The notes beneath the pieces were generated by a model that was given only the letters and a program-made list of their open reading frames with translations, did no database searches and was not told the DNA's origin. A program made the position numbers and the translations under genes. DNA of 64,000 nt from Raillietiella orientalis (Eukaryota), in the NCBI GenBank assembly GCA_036172245.1, contig JAYWIR010000031.1:1178001-1242000 (forward strand), given 5' to 3'. This document shows positions 25,110 to 37,560 of this stretch, piece by piece. The number at the start of each line of letters is the position of its first letter. Within the stretch, counting starts at the first letter, position 1.

Positions 25110-26163
25110 CGCAGAGCTTTTCCGCAATTTCCACGACACTGAAATTCTGTTTACCAGATCAGTGACCATATGGAAAGAATTGGTGGCGCAGCTGCTCCCA
25201 TATTTGCTGGGGGATCAGAACGCAAATTCTGATTAGTCCTCGGCTGGAAAGTCCACAGAACGTCAGTGAATCAGTTTTCCTTGCCGAAGGATACGAGAAT
25301 AAATTGCCCCCAGGCGACAGAGTCCGCCAACATCGCAGCTCTCCATCTCGAGTTGTCCACACGCTCAGCGTTGAGCCTTCGGTGAAAACCAGAGCACCTC
25401 GTTCCGGAAACTGGTTCCGACGACGACGACCTGGAACGAATTTTCTCCGAGGATTCCGTTTCCGTCCTCCCGGCGAAGTCAGCCGAGAACCAGAAGGACC
25501 TACTTCTTCCGTCGGATGAGTTTGTCTTTTTTGCGTGTTTCGAAAACTTGGTTGATGCATCCCTCTGCGCGCAGGAAACCGAACTCGAATTTCCGATGCT
25601 AGATGGAATCTAACGGTGGCTCAGAGAGTTACGGTTGCCTTCGCGAGTCACTGCCAAACGCAGGGGACCAAGCAGCAAGCCCCAGAACATCACTGGAGAT
25701 GAAAGGGAAGCATCCTGCTTGGGACTGCACATGATCACATGATGAGATCACAAGCCACAGATATGCGTTCCCTCCCCCCTCCCCCTCTCTCTCTTGCTCA
25801 GATTGTAAACGTACGGGCATTTGCGCCATTTAAACGTGCCAGTGTGATCAAAGCAGCCATTGTCATGGATCTCTCTGAGATACATCTTCCACTCGTTCAG
25901 CGAACCAAGTCTGCAAGAATCTTCGGCATCCCAGCTCCGAAAGAGAGCTACCCGCAACAGGTTGCCCACCTCCGTCACAGTGCCGAATCACATCACTTCT
26001 TGACACACTCACAAGAGAAACTTTATTCGAAAAGAAAAACTTCTGGGCATGCGGACCAGTTTATCAAGCACGAAGCAGATGCACGCTTCCGCTTGCGTTT
26101 TTTTTTTTTTTTTTTTTCTTCTCCACTTCGAGACGGGATTCGTGATATGCGTTTCTTCCTGCA

Positions 26164-27857
26164 TCATTCGTTTCTGTTGCTGCGCCAGAATGGATGTTGA
26201 TAGTAAGATGACAATGGCCAGTAGGGAAAATAATAAGGCATTATTCCCGGATAATAGGGTCTGAGGCCGGCACCATAGTAGTTTCCAAAGCTGCCGAAGC
26301 CGATGCCACCATATCCGTATCCGAGCCCTTGGCCCAAGTAACCTGAAATTCTCGAATGAGCGGAGAGTCTCAGACCACCAGATGGAATCCAGCGTGCTCT
26401 TCGGATCGAGTTCAGCACAGATCTTTGACACGTGAGAGCAGCACGCCAAACATCCGATTCTGAACGGCTTGCGCCTCGTGCAATGAATTCATCACTAATC
26501 GATGTGTACCATATGTAGCAATCAGCTTTCCGTTACTGACTGTGAGCATGAAAGCAATGATCTTCTCAACCCTGAATCGATTCATCAATATGATCATTAT
26601 TATTAAGCGCGCCTATTATAAAAGTGCACCAATTACACGAAATGGTATTTGTCATTGGGATGAATGTTCGCACGGAGCATAAATACAATATGGACCAAAT
26701 GCAACACGATCTCTCAGATTGCACGCAGATGAATTAGAGGCGCGCAAAGTGTGTCGTTACGTCGCCAGCTGCACGGTTGTGATGGATTCATTTTTATTCT
26801 CAAATATCGTCACATCTCAAATGAATATTCTCGGAAAGGAGCAGATTTTGGAGCCACTGAGATCTTGGTCTCCATCTTTGATAAAATGAGTCAGCTTTTG
26901 AAAATGAAAATAAAGAGACCCGACGGCAATATTCTGGAAGATCGGATTGTACGGGCTTTGGTGAAGCTTAAATCTCGCAGTACAATGCCAACGACTGCTG
27001 GAGGGGGAGTCGTACCATGCTTTCACATAGATGTGTACCTAAGATCCGACAAGAAAATCCGCCCCCATTGCCTGCGACACTTGGAAAAATAAAAAATACG
27101 GAAACTTTCAACACTTCCGAATTTTTTTTTTTCCTCCGTCATACTGTATGATCCCTATTGCAATCATTCTGCAGCGTTGGCATGGCATCGTACCGTTGCT
27201 CCTAGTGAGGGCTTCAACGAAGTCTCTTTGATGTGTATCGGGTTTTTGAAATCGCGATGCACCAAGAAGTGCTCAAAAGACAAAAATAAATTTGTTTAAG
27301 TGATTCGAAAAAATCAAAAGGTGTCGCACGGATGGAAAATTCGAGCACCTTTGCACAAGGTGTTTAATTCTATTGTTCATTATCAGTTTTTTTTTTTTTC
27401 CTTGCAACACTCTAAATGAAGATCACAACAAAAGCATTTTCGCGGAGCATCTTTAAAGGAAACGCATCTCGGAGAGTTAGTGATCTCGGAAACACCACGT
27501 CGAATTTTCAAAAGAGTGCGGTTGAAAGGAATGGGGGAAGGTTGTCGGAAGATAGCCGCTCCCATTCGTGTCGGATGCAAAACGCCTGGAATGGCGGACG
27601 AAGAGCCGAATGATCCCGCGGACCGTTTTCAGAGAAAGACTGAGATTACCTGGATAAAAACCGCCACCGTAGAACCTCGACTGAACATCTGATTGCTTGA
27701 TGGGAACAGCATCTACGGGGATGGCATTTTCGTAATCAGCATCTGAACCAGCTAATGCTAAAGGAAGAAGGAATGCAAGCTGGTCCAAAAGCATCAGTTC
27801 CGTGCTTCCGTACCCATTGCATCTTACCGCAGTCGTCGTCTTCAAGTAGATGGCCAT
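26164..27857 (-). CDS. Secreted Gly/Tyr-rich precursor protein, 'RFFxG' family member C (about 112 aa; exons 27857-27828, 27779-27650, 26342-26164)
   Basis: Spliced signal peptide MAIYLKTTTA|LAFLLPLALAG. Short acidic spacer ends DVQSRFYGGGFYP-G|gtaat. Acceptor atttcag|GT gives GYLGQGLGYGYGGIGFGSFGNYYGAGLRPYYPGIMPYYFPYWPLSSYYQHPFWRSNRNE*. AATAAA at 26022-26027 (minus). TCAGT initiator-like element near 27910. Confidence 0.85.
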
Positions 27858-29799
27858 GGAGAGGCTTCCAAGGATGGGACTCCGCAACGACTTGGACTTC
27901 GCCGATTACTGAGCAGCGTCACTTTGATGAACTCTTATTTGAAAATTCCGGATCTTCCCATTTTGAGCTTTCCTTTTGAAAAACCGATTGCAAAATTCAT
28001 GAAAGGACAAAGTTATTGTTTTTAGTCATCCTCTGGAAAGTATTGCCCGAGATCGCTTAAGATGAACAATAACCCTAGAGCATCGAAAAATAAGCCACCG
28101 CGTGTCACTGTTTGAGCGCGGCGAATCTTCCATCTGCGAAATCCTTGAAAGGTGCCACTCGATCGGTTTTGTATGGGATTCACGGGGACTTTTAAGCAAT
28201 CATCTTCGCGTCCAAGAAATCCGAAAGTGAAGACCCAGTTTGCAACACAAATCCCCAGGTGGACACGAGTGGCCGTTTCTTCGAAATATAAAGCACCGCC
28301 TTCCGGATGCCCACCTGGAATCTCAGACGGACCACCATACTCAAATATTGGACAGATTCAACTGGGACACTTTGTCGATCGCCGCTTCTCATGCGCAAAC
28401 TCCCCCACGTGCGAAACGCTCCACAACGTGTGGTACACACGCTGAAAATTGTACGGACCCTGCTGGAGCGGAAGCCGATTCACGTTTCATATAGAGTGTA
28501 CCTAAGCCGGAGGCAATTGAATCAGTCATCCCTGTCCTCATTTATGCGGTTCTACATAACGATGTAATGCGGAATGCACTGAGGTGTGTCACTTAGCATC
28601 AGTATGAAACACTCACGCTTGGCAGCGTGTCATCAAGATTCTTCCTTGAATTCTCCGCGCAGCCCATGAGCCTGTAGTCAAGTGTTCCTGAAAGAACACC
28701 AACTATTTAGTTTAAACTTTGTCTTTCAGGAAACAAAATCGTTCTCCAAAGGACCGTGGCAGGTCACTACATGAAAAGACTAGTACTAAGACTAGTAGTC
28801 ACCACGTTGAAGAAAGAAAGAAAAAAAAAAAAGACTAGTTTGGTGTTTTTCCCTGCGATATCGTCTGTAACCGAATTGTACCTAGAATACCGTATCATTC
28901 CGACAGTACAGTATTATCAATATTGTCCTGAACTGGGGGCCACGTTTTCTGACGCTGCGTTCAACACTACGAAATTGCATGCGCGATGCATTCACAAAGT
29001 GAATCGCCCACTTGTTGATTCTCCTAAAATTTTGTTCTCTTAGAGAACGACCGATTTAGAGGGAGAAGCATCCTAAAATGAAATCTCCGCGTTTCACCGA
29101 AGCAGTGTGGAATTTCTTAATCTCTTGGAATCTTCATGTGCTTCTTCAGCATTTGGAAGCATCAAGGTTTGGTATACGTGAAGGAATGGTGCAGGGTCCA
29201 GGCGTTTGCTGACCAGAATTAATTCTTGAGAGAACGAGAAAGGGAGGAAACGGATGCCTCCGGAACGATTCCTGAATCAAAACAAACCAGCAGCCTTGGG
29301 TTTTATTTTATACGACTCGACGGGGTGACTGAGCCATCGAGTCATTCCCGTTATCCTATGCCTTTTTCGTCACACCTCATCTAACGTATTGCATCGCTGC
29401 TTCTATTGAAGCATTTCCAAACTCCGAGTCCCAGTTCCGCGCCTTGTGTTTGCATTTATTTTTATGTTTTCTCGTGGAACTTGCTGATTTGGAAACCATG
29501 TGCACAGCTCAAGGGATCATTCCTAGACGAGAGTTTTCCGATCATCAGTTTTAAGTAACATCCCTGGAACCTGTCTCAATGAAAAAAATTTATTTCGACG
29601 AAATTTACTCGGAAAAGCTGAGGACACCACCAGCTATACGAGCTCATCTCTCTGTGCATGAACTCGCATAGTCATACGAGTTCATGCGCAGAAAGGGTCA
29701 TCGACGGCGACCCCGCTTCTTCTGCGTGTTCCTTCAGAAAGTCAGTCCGCTGAGACGTTTGGCTTCTGTCGTTTCTCCAGAAGAATTCCGGCTCAAAAG

Positions 29800-30282
29800 T
29801 TAACCCTTGAAACTTCCTGGTCTCTTGCTCTTCTTCCTGCTTTGCCTTTCCGGATGGAGCTCCTCGTGGTGCAGCGGCCATTCTATGCTGGGTACATCGA
29901 ACCGCTGGCTCGACAAGGACAAAGAACGAGGGTAGTTGAAAGTGCTGAAAGCATGAATCTTCTTCTCTGGTTTGCTGTACACTTTGCATTGGCAATGCTC
30001 TTCGCGCACGTACTGCTGCTCGTGTGGCACTGTGTAGCTGGGGTAACGCTGTACTTGCTGTTGCGTGCCGTACTGCTGCTGGGCAGAATGAAGATACTGC
30101 TCAGGTGGAAAATTTGTTCCCGCGGCGTACGGCAAAGAGTACTGTTTCAGGCCTTCCGGTCGGTAATCTTCTTGTGCGAGGAGATCTTTCGGATAGGGAA
30201 CTGCTTGAGGTTTCTCTCCAGACGATCGAGAGATCGTAGCTGTGAAAAGCAACAGATGTCCAAACAAGAGGCGATGCTGCAT
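29800..30282 (-). CDS. Secreted Gln/Tyr-rich protein (about 160 aa) in one main coding exon; may start at an upstream ATG-only exon (30930-30928)
   Basis: Signal-like HRLLFGHLLLFTATISRSSG. Q/Y-rich middle, a CQC motif and a basic tail. Upstream TATAAAA and an exon ending ATG|gtaag. AATAAA at 29455-29460 (minus). Confidence 0.75.
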   Translation of the reverse strand: MQHRLLFGHLLLFTATISRSSGEKPQAVPYPKDLLAQEDYRPEGLKQYSLPYAAGTNFPPEQYLHSAQQQYGTQQQVQRYPSYTVPHEQQYVREEHCQCKVYSKPEKKIHAFSTFNYPRSLSLSSQRFDVPSIEWPLHHEELHPERQSRKKSKRPGSFKG

Positions 30283-31034
30283 TCTTCTTCAGTGCGGTTG
30301 GCGTTCAGGTCATTGGTCTCTATAGAAGCTGGAAAGGATTGCGTCAGTAAGGTGATTGCAAACGATGGATCTTTCGAAGAAAGTCGTTGAGACTTTGAGG
30401 ACAGATGGGACTGATGTGCGTATCAAGAATCAAATCATTCTGTTGCAAGAAACTTGATGTGCATTGGAAACGCAAAGTCCAACCAGCGAACATTCGCTTC
30501 AGAAAGAAGAAGGATGCATGGTTTGGAGGAGCACATCAAGCGAAGTTGAAACAGAGTTTCGAAACAGCCTCCAGCTCTCGTGTGAGAAGCCTTTACAGTC
30601 CCAAGTTGAAGATATTTAGAACTGCGAATGAACCAGAAATCAACCATGAGGATTTGTCTCGGTGGCATAATGTAAAAAAATAAATAAATAAATTTGTCCA
30701 TCTTGGATATAACAGTAAAATCTTTCGCGAATTAAAACATCTCCCACCATTAGAGTAGTTTTCAAAGATACCTTTATCTCTTCTCATCATCTACATACTC
30801 TCATTTTTTTTCGAGATCGCAAATAAGCATTACAACTTTGGAAAGCATCACGAGGAATGGTTACGAAAATATGCAACAGATCTGACTCTCGACCTTTCAC
30901 CCCAGCAAAAAATGTCTCTGAGCTTACCATAGAGCAGACAGGCTCGTTCAACAGATTCCAGCGATTCGTCTACCAAGTGAGATCCGAGCTAATCCCAGCT
31001 GTTGTCACGGTTTCCAGATAAGTCAAAAGCTGCC

Positions 31035-31041
31035 TTTTATA
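31035..31041 (-). promoter_or_regulatory. TATA box for the 29.8-30.9 kb gene
   Basis: gcTATAAAAgg about 110 nt upstream of the donor ATG|gtaag at 30927. Confidence 0.6.
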
Positions 31042-32197
31042 GCAGCCGAGAAGTTCACGAGTCGGAAAGGCTACACTCTATTTCTTTTCCTGCCCAAATC
31101 CTGAGCATGAAACAAACGGATCACGGCATGTTCTGCGTCCTCCGCAGCAAACTGGAGTTTGCACCTGAATTCACGAGAGGGTTTGCCTTTGCAACTCAGA
31201 TTCCCGTGGTCTTTCCCTGTGAAAGAAGCTCTTAATCTGGTAAGCGAACCCTGTAGCTGATGGACCCGTAAACGTGGACTGTGAATGACTTTGCTCCGAA
31301 AGGATGAAGGATCCCCCAAGTCTTTGACTCAAAACGCCATAGGCTGTGTTTAAGAAACGAAGCATGGCTGCTGCCGTCTGTACATATGAAAGCAGCGACC
31401 GGTTCTGTTGTTCGAGGGACTGGCGATGATGCGACATTCTTCGTCATACATACATGATCAATAATACACACCATTCCTTCACGTGACTAGTGGTTAATAA
31501 AATGAGTGTGAAATTCCTTTCTAGCATTGATTTTTCATGAGAAGTGGCTATGCAGCACTTTCTTGCTATTCTAGCAGGAACTGAAGAACGTGCATCTACA
31601 TATGTATAGGATGAAGTGTGAAGATACATGCAAACTATGTAGAAGGGAAAGTCTGAATCAGCTAGCCGAAATTCTCAGATAGCCCCTGTCACACCACAAA
31701 GGCGAGATTAATTGAATTTTGAAGCCAGTACACTTCAGCATAAAAGGATCTTTGTAAAAGTGAAGGAATCAGGAAGGACACTTTAGATACAGTGGCTTCG
31801 TGTGCTCTAGTATGGGATGCAAAGTTTTACAAACTTTGCAGTGTGTCCAAAATATTTTTTTTTATTATTATCATTGTACTACAATATCGACCAACTGAAT
31901 ATTCATTTGATATTTGATATTCTTTGTACCAGCTGACGACAAAGGCAGGAAATTTCCTTTTCCAGTTTTCATTTTAGTGCCCATGTACCGTGGGGCAGTA
32001 CCCATTCAAACTGTTTCGAAGCGTCTCGTGACCATCCTTTCATCAGTTCTCCCTTTTTTTTTTTTTTTTTTTTTTTTCTCTCTTCCGTGCGTTTCATTTT
32101 TCTGACTTCCTCAACTCCCAAATGATCTTCGATTTCCGTACGATTCTTTGCTCTCGAGACTTGCAGTCTGGACATCCTAGGACCCTACGAGCTGACA

Positions 32198-32870
32198 CAT
32201 CACCACACTGGAATTGGGAAGTTGGCTTGCCAGTACCACATTTCCACGTTTGCGGAATTCATTTCGGGAACAGTCAAGCTCGAAACGGACGCCGTTCTAT
32301 CAAAAGTCCAGGTCATCGTCCGCCGACCCAACTGTGGTTCGGAGTGGACGCCTTCCCGATGAGAAAACATTTGTGTGTCCGGAAGATTACTCAGTTTGAT
32401 AGTAATGAAAAAGAAAGCTGGCGCTGCAAGGAGAGGACGGATATCAGTTGCCTGACCTCATTCCGGAATTCAACGACCCTGCTGACAACGGCTAATTAAA
32501 ACGCTCCAGGACTACGCTCGTTTAATGTTTAGCTGCTCCCATAGTCTACTTGAAAATCTTCTAGTGGGCTACATGCATGTTCCATCCTTTCGCTTTCAAT
32601 CTCGATTCAGAAGATGGCTACACGCTGCTTACATTTCCGGAAGAATCCAGCATTTCTCCTGAAGATTCATTCCCTGGGATTCCCATCCATCCTCCTTTTA
32701 TGGGATAGAGCAGACAGATGAGCGATTTCATGAAATTAGGAACAGCTACTTTTGCAGCAGAAGCAAAAAAAAAAAAAAAAAAGACGATACTTCGACGCAG
32801 CACTGGTCCATTCTTCTCTGGGAAACCCATCGCAGCTCCAGACCTTCCAGCCATTAAACAGAAAATGACT
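32198..32870 (-). CDS. Possible spliced gene for another small secreted protein; structure uncertain
   Basis: Signal-like IFCLMAGRSGAAMG-FPEK ending in a phase-1 donor. Strong acceptor cctctccttgcag opens about 74 codons (PAFFFITIKLSNLPDTQ...WYWQANFPIPVW*). Start exon not found, and the middle exon is not in phase. Confidence 0.3.
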
Positions 32871-33599
32871 AGAGCATCGTTTCCCAAACTATGTTCCGCG
32901 GAACACTGGTGTCCTGCGGGAAGTCAATAAGTGTTTCGTGGAAAAATTATGAAAATTAATATATTTTAAGTTCCGTTAAGTTTATTTTACTATTTTCTTG
33001 TGTTCTAAATAATTAAAATTTGAGAGTAAAGACATCTGTTTTGTTGTCTTAACTCTTATATTTACTTGCTTAATGTATTTATTAGTGATATCTACCTACT
33101 CTGCAAAATATTCAAGGTATTCCGTCAAGATTTCAGGATCTGGGAAGTGTCCCGTCTAAGGAAAAGTTTGGGAAAGGATGCTCTGGACGGCGAATCGCAA
33201 GCTTTTTCAAAGACCGCTCAGACTGCCTTCGTAGGTCGTAGTGGAAGGCGTTCTTCAGACTGCGCATGCGCTCCTTGAGCTTCATGACAAGTCGCTATAA
33301 GCTTGCCTTCACCCATTTCTTCATCCGTTCACGAAGAAGTACATAAGCTGACAGCCATGGAAGCAGGAGAATATAGTTTGGTCAGCTGATAGGAAAACCT
33401 TCCGTGAATTATGCAATACACGAGTCCATATCTGTAGGACAAGTGTCCCACCCATCATCTCACCCTTTCTTGCACGCTGCACAGGACATACCAGGATTTC
33501 TCGTGATCCCCCAAATCGCTCTCTTATGAAGCAGTGAATTTTTCTCTGTTAGTGACGTCATTAAAATATAAGCTGCTGACCAGATTCAAGTCGGAAACC

Positions 33600-34210
33600 C
33601 TCACTCGAAAACCTGCGTTGGCGACCGTGGTGGCTGCAGTCTCCGCTCATGGCACCAGGAGTTGCGGGTTCGAAGCCCCACGTGGAAGATCGACGCCGAG
33701 AACCGGCGGATGAGAGTCGTGGGCTTCGGGTCGTACCCCCCCTCGTAGGATGACGCTGGTTGGCCGGAAGACCTCGGGTGTGGCAGCACTGGTGAAATCC
33801 GGATGTCCCCGTTGACTGGCCAGGACTGGAAGTCGACCCTCAGGCGTCCTTCAAGGAATCAAGGAGTCCTTCGGGGACCCTCTCCGATTGAGAAAATGGA
33901 GCCTCCATCGAGTACCGTAAAGCTGGTCGACACCATCCCCTTTCCCCCTTCCTCACTCTTTATAAGAGTGTTAGGAGCGCACTGCTCCCTTCAGACTCTT
34001 CGGGGAAGCATCCTTCAAGGAAAGTTGGAAGCGTCCCATCGGAGTTTTCTTCCGAGAAGCACCAACAAGGAGCGGCTTTCTTTCGGGTGCTCTCCAGACA
34101 AGGAATTCGGGAGGAGAGGATCCTTCCCGGGTTTCCTTCGGAAAAGAAATAATCGCGTGGCCCTCCCCGGAGAGAATTAGGAAGGGGTTCCCTTTGGGTT
34201 CCCTCCCAAA
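33600..34210 (-). mobile_element. Fragment of the local L1/Tx1-like repeat family
   Basis: Colinear similarity with 22790-23300 and inverted similarity with 35720-35885. Confidence 0.7.
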
Positions 34211-34309
34211 GGTGAGAATCGCACTGGGACGTTTATTATGGAAATAAACTACAAGATTGAGGTCAAATGCATACCTTCAAAAAACAAAAAAAAACAAAAA
34301 AAGAAGTTC

Positions 34310-35350
34310 ATCAGGGGCGACCACCGGCACGCAGGCCGGCTTCCACAAAAAAGGGAACAGAGGGAGGGGACAATAAATAAATAAAAAAAGAAAGGAAGGT
34401 GGTGGGGACAGGAGTCTTTGGTAATAAGCGTTCCCTTTCTTCTAACAGCGACGCTGGATGATGGTGATTTCCCTGGCGACTTTTGGCAGGTGAGATCACC
34501 TTGCTGTTGCCCTCATGAGGGCTGTTGCCATGCTGGTGGCCTCTTCTCGCTGCGAACTTGCTTCTAACACATGGCGGACTGTCACGATTGTGGCGCGGAT
34601 GCAACCGATTATCGCGATCAGAGCTCCTTTCCCCAGTCCGCCTTCGGCGAAGAAGCACCGCAGCAGGTTAGTGGCAGCGTCGTGGGGTTGACTGAGTGCC
34701 GAAGCGAGTCTCCCCCAGAAGTCCTGCAAGTCACTGCAGTCCAATAAGTGCTGAAGCGATCCCTTCTCCCCGCACCTAAAACAGTTCGGAGAGGCAACTC
34801 CCCCGAAACCCGGTGCCTGCGCTGATTGCACTGGAGTCCCATAGTCTGGAAACAGCATGCTGCTGTTGTCAACGTAGCGGAAACACGGAGGTGTCCAAGC
34901 AGAGGAAAGGGACCACAAGTTCCTCGGCGGCACTCCAAGCAGTTCACTCCCCCGAAGGAGTCCCTTTGCCCGGAAACGAGGACTGGCGGCGTTCACCAAC
35001 CCTCTCGTGTTGCAGCCGTTCTGTAGTTTTTGGACTCCTTTCTGCGGAGTCCTTCCTGGATTCATAGGGTGGTTCCTCTGGAGTCACCCTCTATAACTTG
35101 AAAGGTTACACGCACGCTCGCTGGCGTGGAACAGTCAGAAAGAGCTTCGTGAGCTCCTAGGCGAACAGTTCTTCAGCACTTGGGGAACCAGAAAAAGAAC
35201 GTAAGGGCAGTCTTGGTGTCTCCTCCTCTTCCCCCTCCTTTTTCTCCGAACTGGTCATCCACTCGGTGACGTCTGGCTCAAGGCTCATCTAGCTGCTCTG
35301 GAAGTTTTCTCTATCTGTTTCACTTCTTTTGCAGCACAGCTTCGAGATCT
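34310..35350 (-). mobile_element. 3' end of an L1/Tx1-like LINE (zf-RVT-like domain and T-rich 3' UTR)
   Basis: CFRCGEKGSLQHLLDCSDLQDFW fits the CX2C...HLLxxC...W C-terminal zinc-binding domain of L1/Tx1 ORF2. Confidence 0.75.
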
Positions 35351-36390
35351 CTGTCACCCAAAGCCTCTACGTCTCCTTCGTATGCATAACTTTCTTCAGC
35401 ATGCACTGCTGTGGAGGTAACGTTGGTACGTTTTGCATACGCTCTACTGTGGTGTGACTCCTCCAACACTTGGGTACTGGAATCCTTGGCCGTGGTATCA
35501 CAGGATCTCCGGAAGCAAGAGCGAAAATTGGAAAGCTGTGTCCATAAGGTTCAAAGAGGGAAACGGCTCTTTGAGGCAGGAGACCATCAGCAGCCATCTT
35601 CACATCAATATGCACTGGAACCTTCCCCCCAACTCTGCTTTCAGTGTGCCACTGGACGAAGCATCTCACCCGCTTGTCTTGAGCCCACAACTTGCCACTT
35701 CCTGTGGGGAGGCAAGCCGGTGAGGGAAGGGGTATTAACCAGCTTTACGGTACTTGATAGAGGCTCCATTTCCGCAGCTGGAAGAGGACCTCGAAGAGAG
35801 CCGGCTCCTTGATTCCTGGAAGGACATCGCAGGGTCAGTTTCCAATCCCGGCCAGTCATCGGGGACATCCGGATTTCACCAGTGATGACATGGGAACGGA
35901 AATCTCTCCTGCACCTCCTAGTAGACTGTGTTGCCTCCAGCCCCTTTGGAGACGCTTCGCCGCGATCCTTGGAACCCCCGACGGCAACGCCAGAGACGCT
36001 TGACACCAGACACAGCGCCTCTTCCTGCGCGACGCCTTCATGCCGGCCTCATCCCCAGAAGCACTCTGTTGCCCACGCGGCGGATCCGTGACTGCATGGA
36101 GCAACTCCAGAGGAGGCCAGAATGACAGAGACGCCATCTATTCTGCTGTCCTCCTCATGAGGAGAGCGTCAAGATGGCTCCATCTGGGAGTCTTGAAACA
36201 GAAACTTGCCAGCATCCTTACAAGGATGCAGGACACCCTCTAGCACACAGTGATCCCTTCCCAAACTCGCTCATCTTTTTGTCTGTATTTTTCTTGCTTT
36301 ATTTTTGTTCCTTTTGTCTGTCTCCCCTTCCCGTTTGCTGCCGAGACGAACCTCGCTGGCCTGCATGCCAGTTCCCGGCAGGTTCCTTCT
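35350..36390 (+). mobile_element. Internally deleted copy of the same LINE family: ORF1-like blocks fused directly to the zf-RVT/3' end
   Basis: Contains PNSAFSVPLDEASHPL (shared with 37.3 kb), the LLDSWKD block, a frameshifted HLLVDC...LWRRFAAIL, AVLLMRRASRW (cf. ATALMRATAR), and a 3' UTR resembling 34310-34400. Confidence 0.7.
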
Positions 36391-36479
36391 CGTAGTTATA
36401 AGTAACGTGGAAGGATCACGCATTCTGCCACTGATGTGTATGTTCATTTTTTACAAATAAATGTCCCGGCGTGACCAGT

Positions 36480-37560
36480 TGTCAATCAGTGATGACATCT
36501 GGAAAAGATAGTCTCCGATCACTGAGGACTATATGTCTTGTCCGTGTTTGGCGAGTCAGCGTCCCGACCTCCCCAAAGCTGAGCCCGAACGTGCGCTGAA
36601 GTTCCCCTCGTAGGTTCATCGGAGGTCCAAAGCGCTCGTAATTGATGCTTCTGCTTTCCCTTGATCTCCCAGGTCTTGTAGTTCGGTGAAGAAGAGGCCT
36701 CTTCTCAGTGAGATCATCCACTACTTTTCTCCAGATAGGAAAAGGCGTCTCGCGTCTTGAGATCAAGCGGAATTCTCACCTTACAAAGAGTTTCAAAACC
36801 TCCCTGCGCACCCTGCTCCCGATTTCGCTGAGCTCCCTCTCAGCAGATCTCTTCAGGTAAGGTGGAACCTTTGCTGCTGCTCCAGGATCTGTAGGCACAG
36901 TCTCCCGGATCAGTTTGTTGCCTGCATCACTCACAATGACTCTGATCTCCTTTCGGCGTCTCTCAACCACTGCTTGCTGGCCCTGACGATGATACTCGCG
37001 CGCAACGCAGATCGCATCAAATCCAGTTTTTGCCGAAGCTCGGGATCTCCTGATGAATTTTTTTTTTTTTTCTCTCCCGTGCCTGACTTCCAGCCCACCA
37101 ATCCAGGGAGGCCACCTCTTGAACACTGTATACAAGAGTGGCAAGCGTTTGCCTCGAGAATCCCGTCCAACTCCAGAAGTCTGGAAAGCAGCACTTTTTT
37201 TTGCGACTTAGGGACCTCTTGTTGAATCATTTTCGCTCGGCTTCTCTCCAAGATCGTGGAAGTCATTCACAGAAGGCGGCAAATTGTGGGCTCAAGGCAA
37301 GCGGATGAGATGACGCTTCGTCCAGTAGCACACTGGAAGCAGAGTTGGGGAGGGTGCCAGGCGATTTCAAAAGCATCATTGTCTCGAGGAAGCCATCGCG
37401 TGAAAGTGAATCTCTCCCACGAGAGTGAACGGTCATCATTAGTCGGCTCTGGCCATGGTCACCGCGACGCCGAGATACCAAGCTCGGCGACCTGACGAAA
37501 CTAGGAAACGAGGGACTCTAAAAGAAACTGGATGGCGCTCCTGCCAAATGCTCCGCTGGC
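36480..37560 (-). mobile_element. Decayed L1/Tx1-like fragment reaching the ORF2 linker and RT N-terminus
   Basis: Shares about 75 nt with 35626-35700. ILERSRAKMIQQE resembles the RSRxxW linker. ELQRTF...GTLTRQTRTRHIVL resembles the pre-RT segment. Confidence 0.65.

Noticed and set aside
28240..28420. Plus-strand segment with SGRFFEI* in one frame and an open frame in another
   Set aside because: The RFF is followed almost immediately by a stop and has no signal-peptide exon, so it is not counted as a family member.
29842..30390. 182-aa plus-strand ORF
   Set aside because: Antisense shadow of the minus-strand secreted gene.
33617..33685. tRNA gene
   Set aside because: Only a T-loop/B-box-like motif is present. 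No cloverleaf can be formed, and it lies within a repeat.
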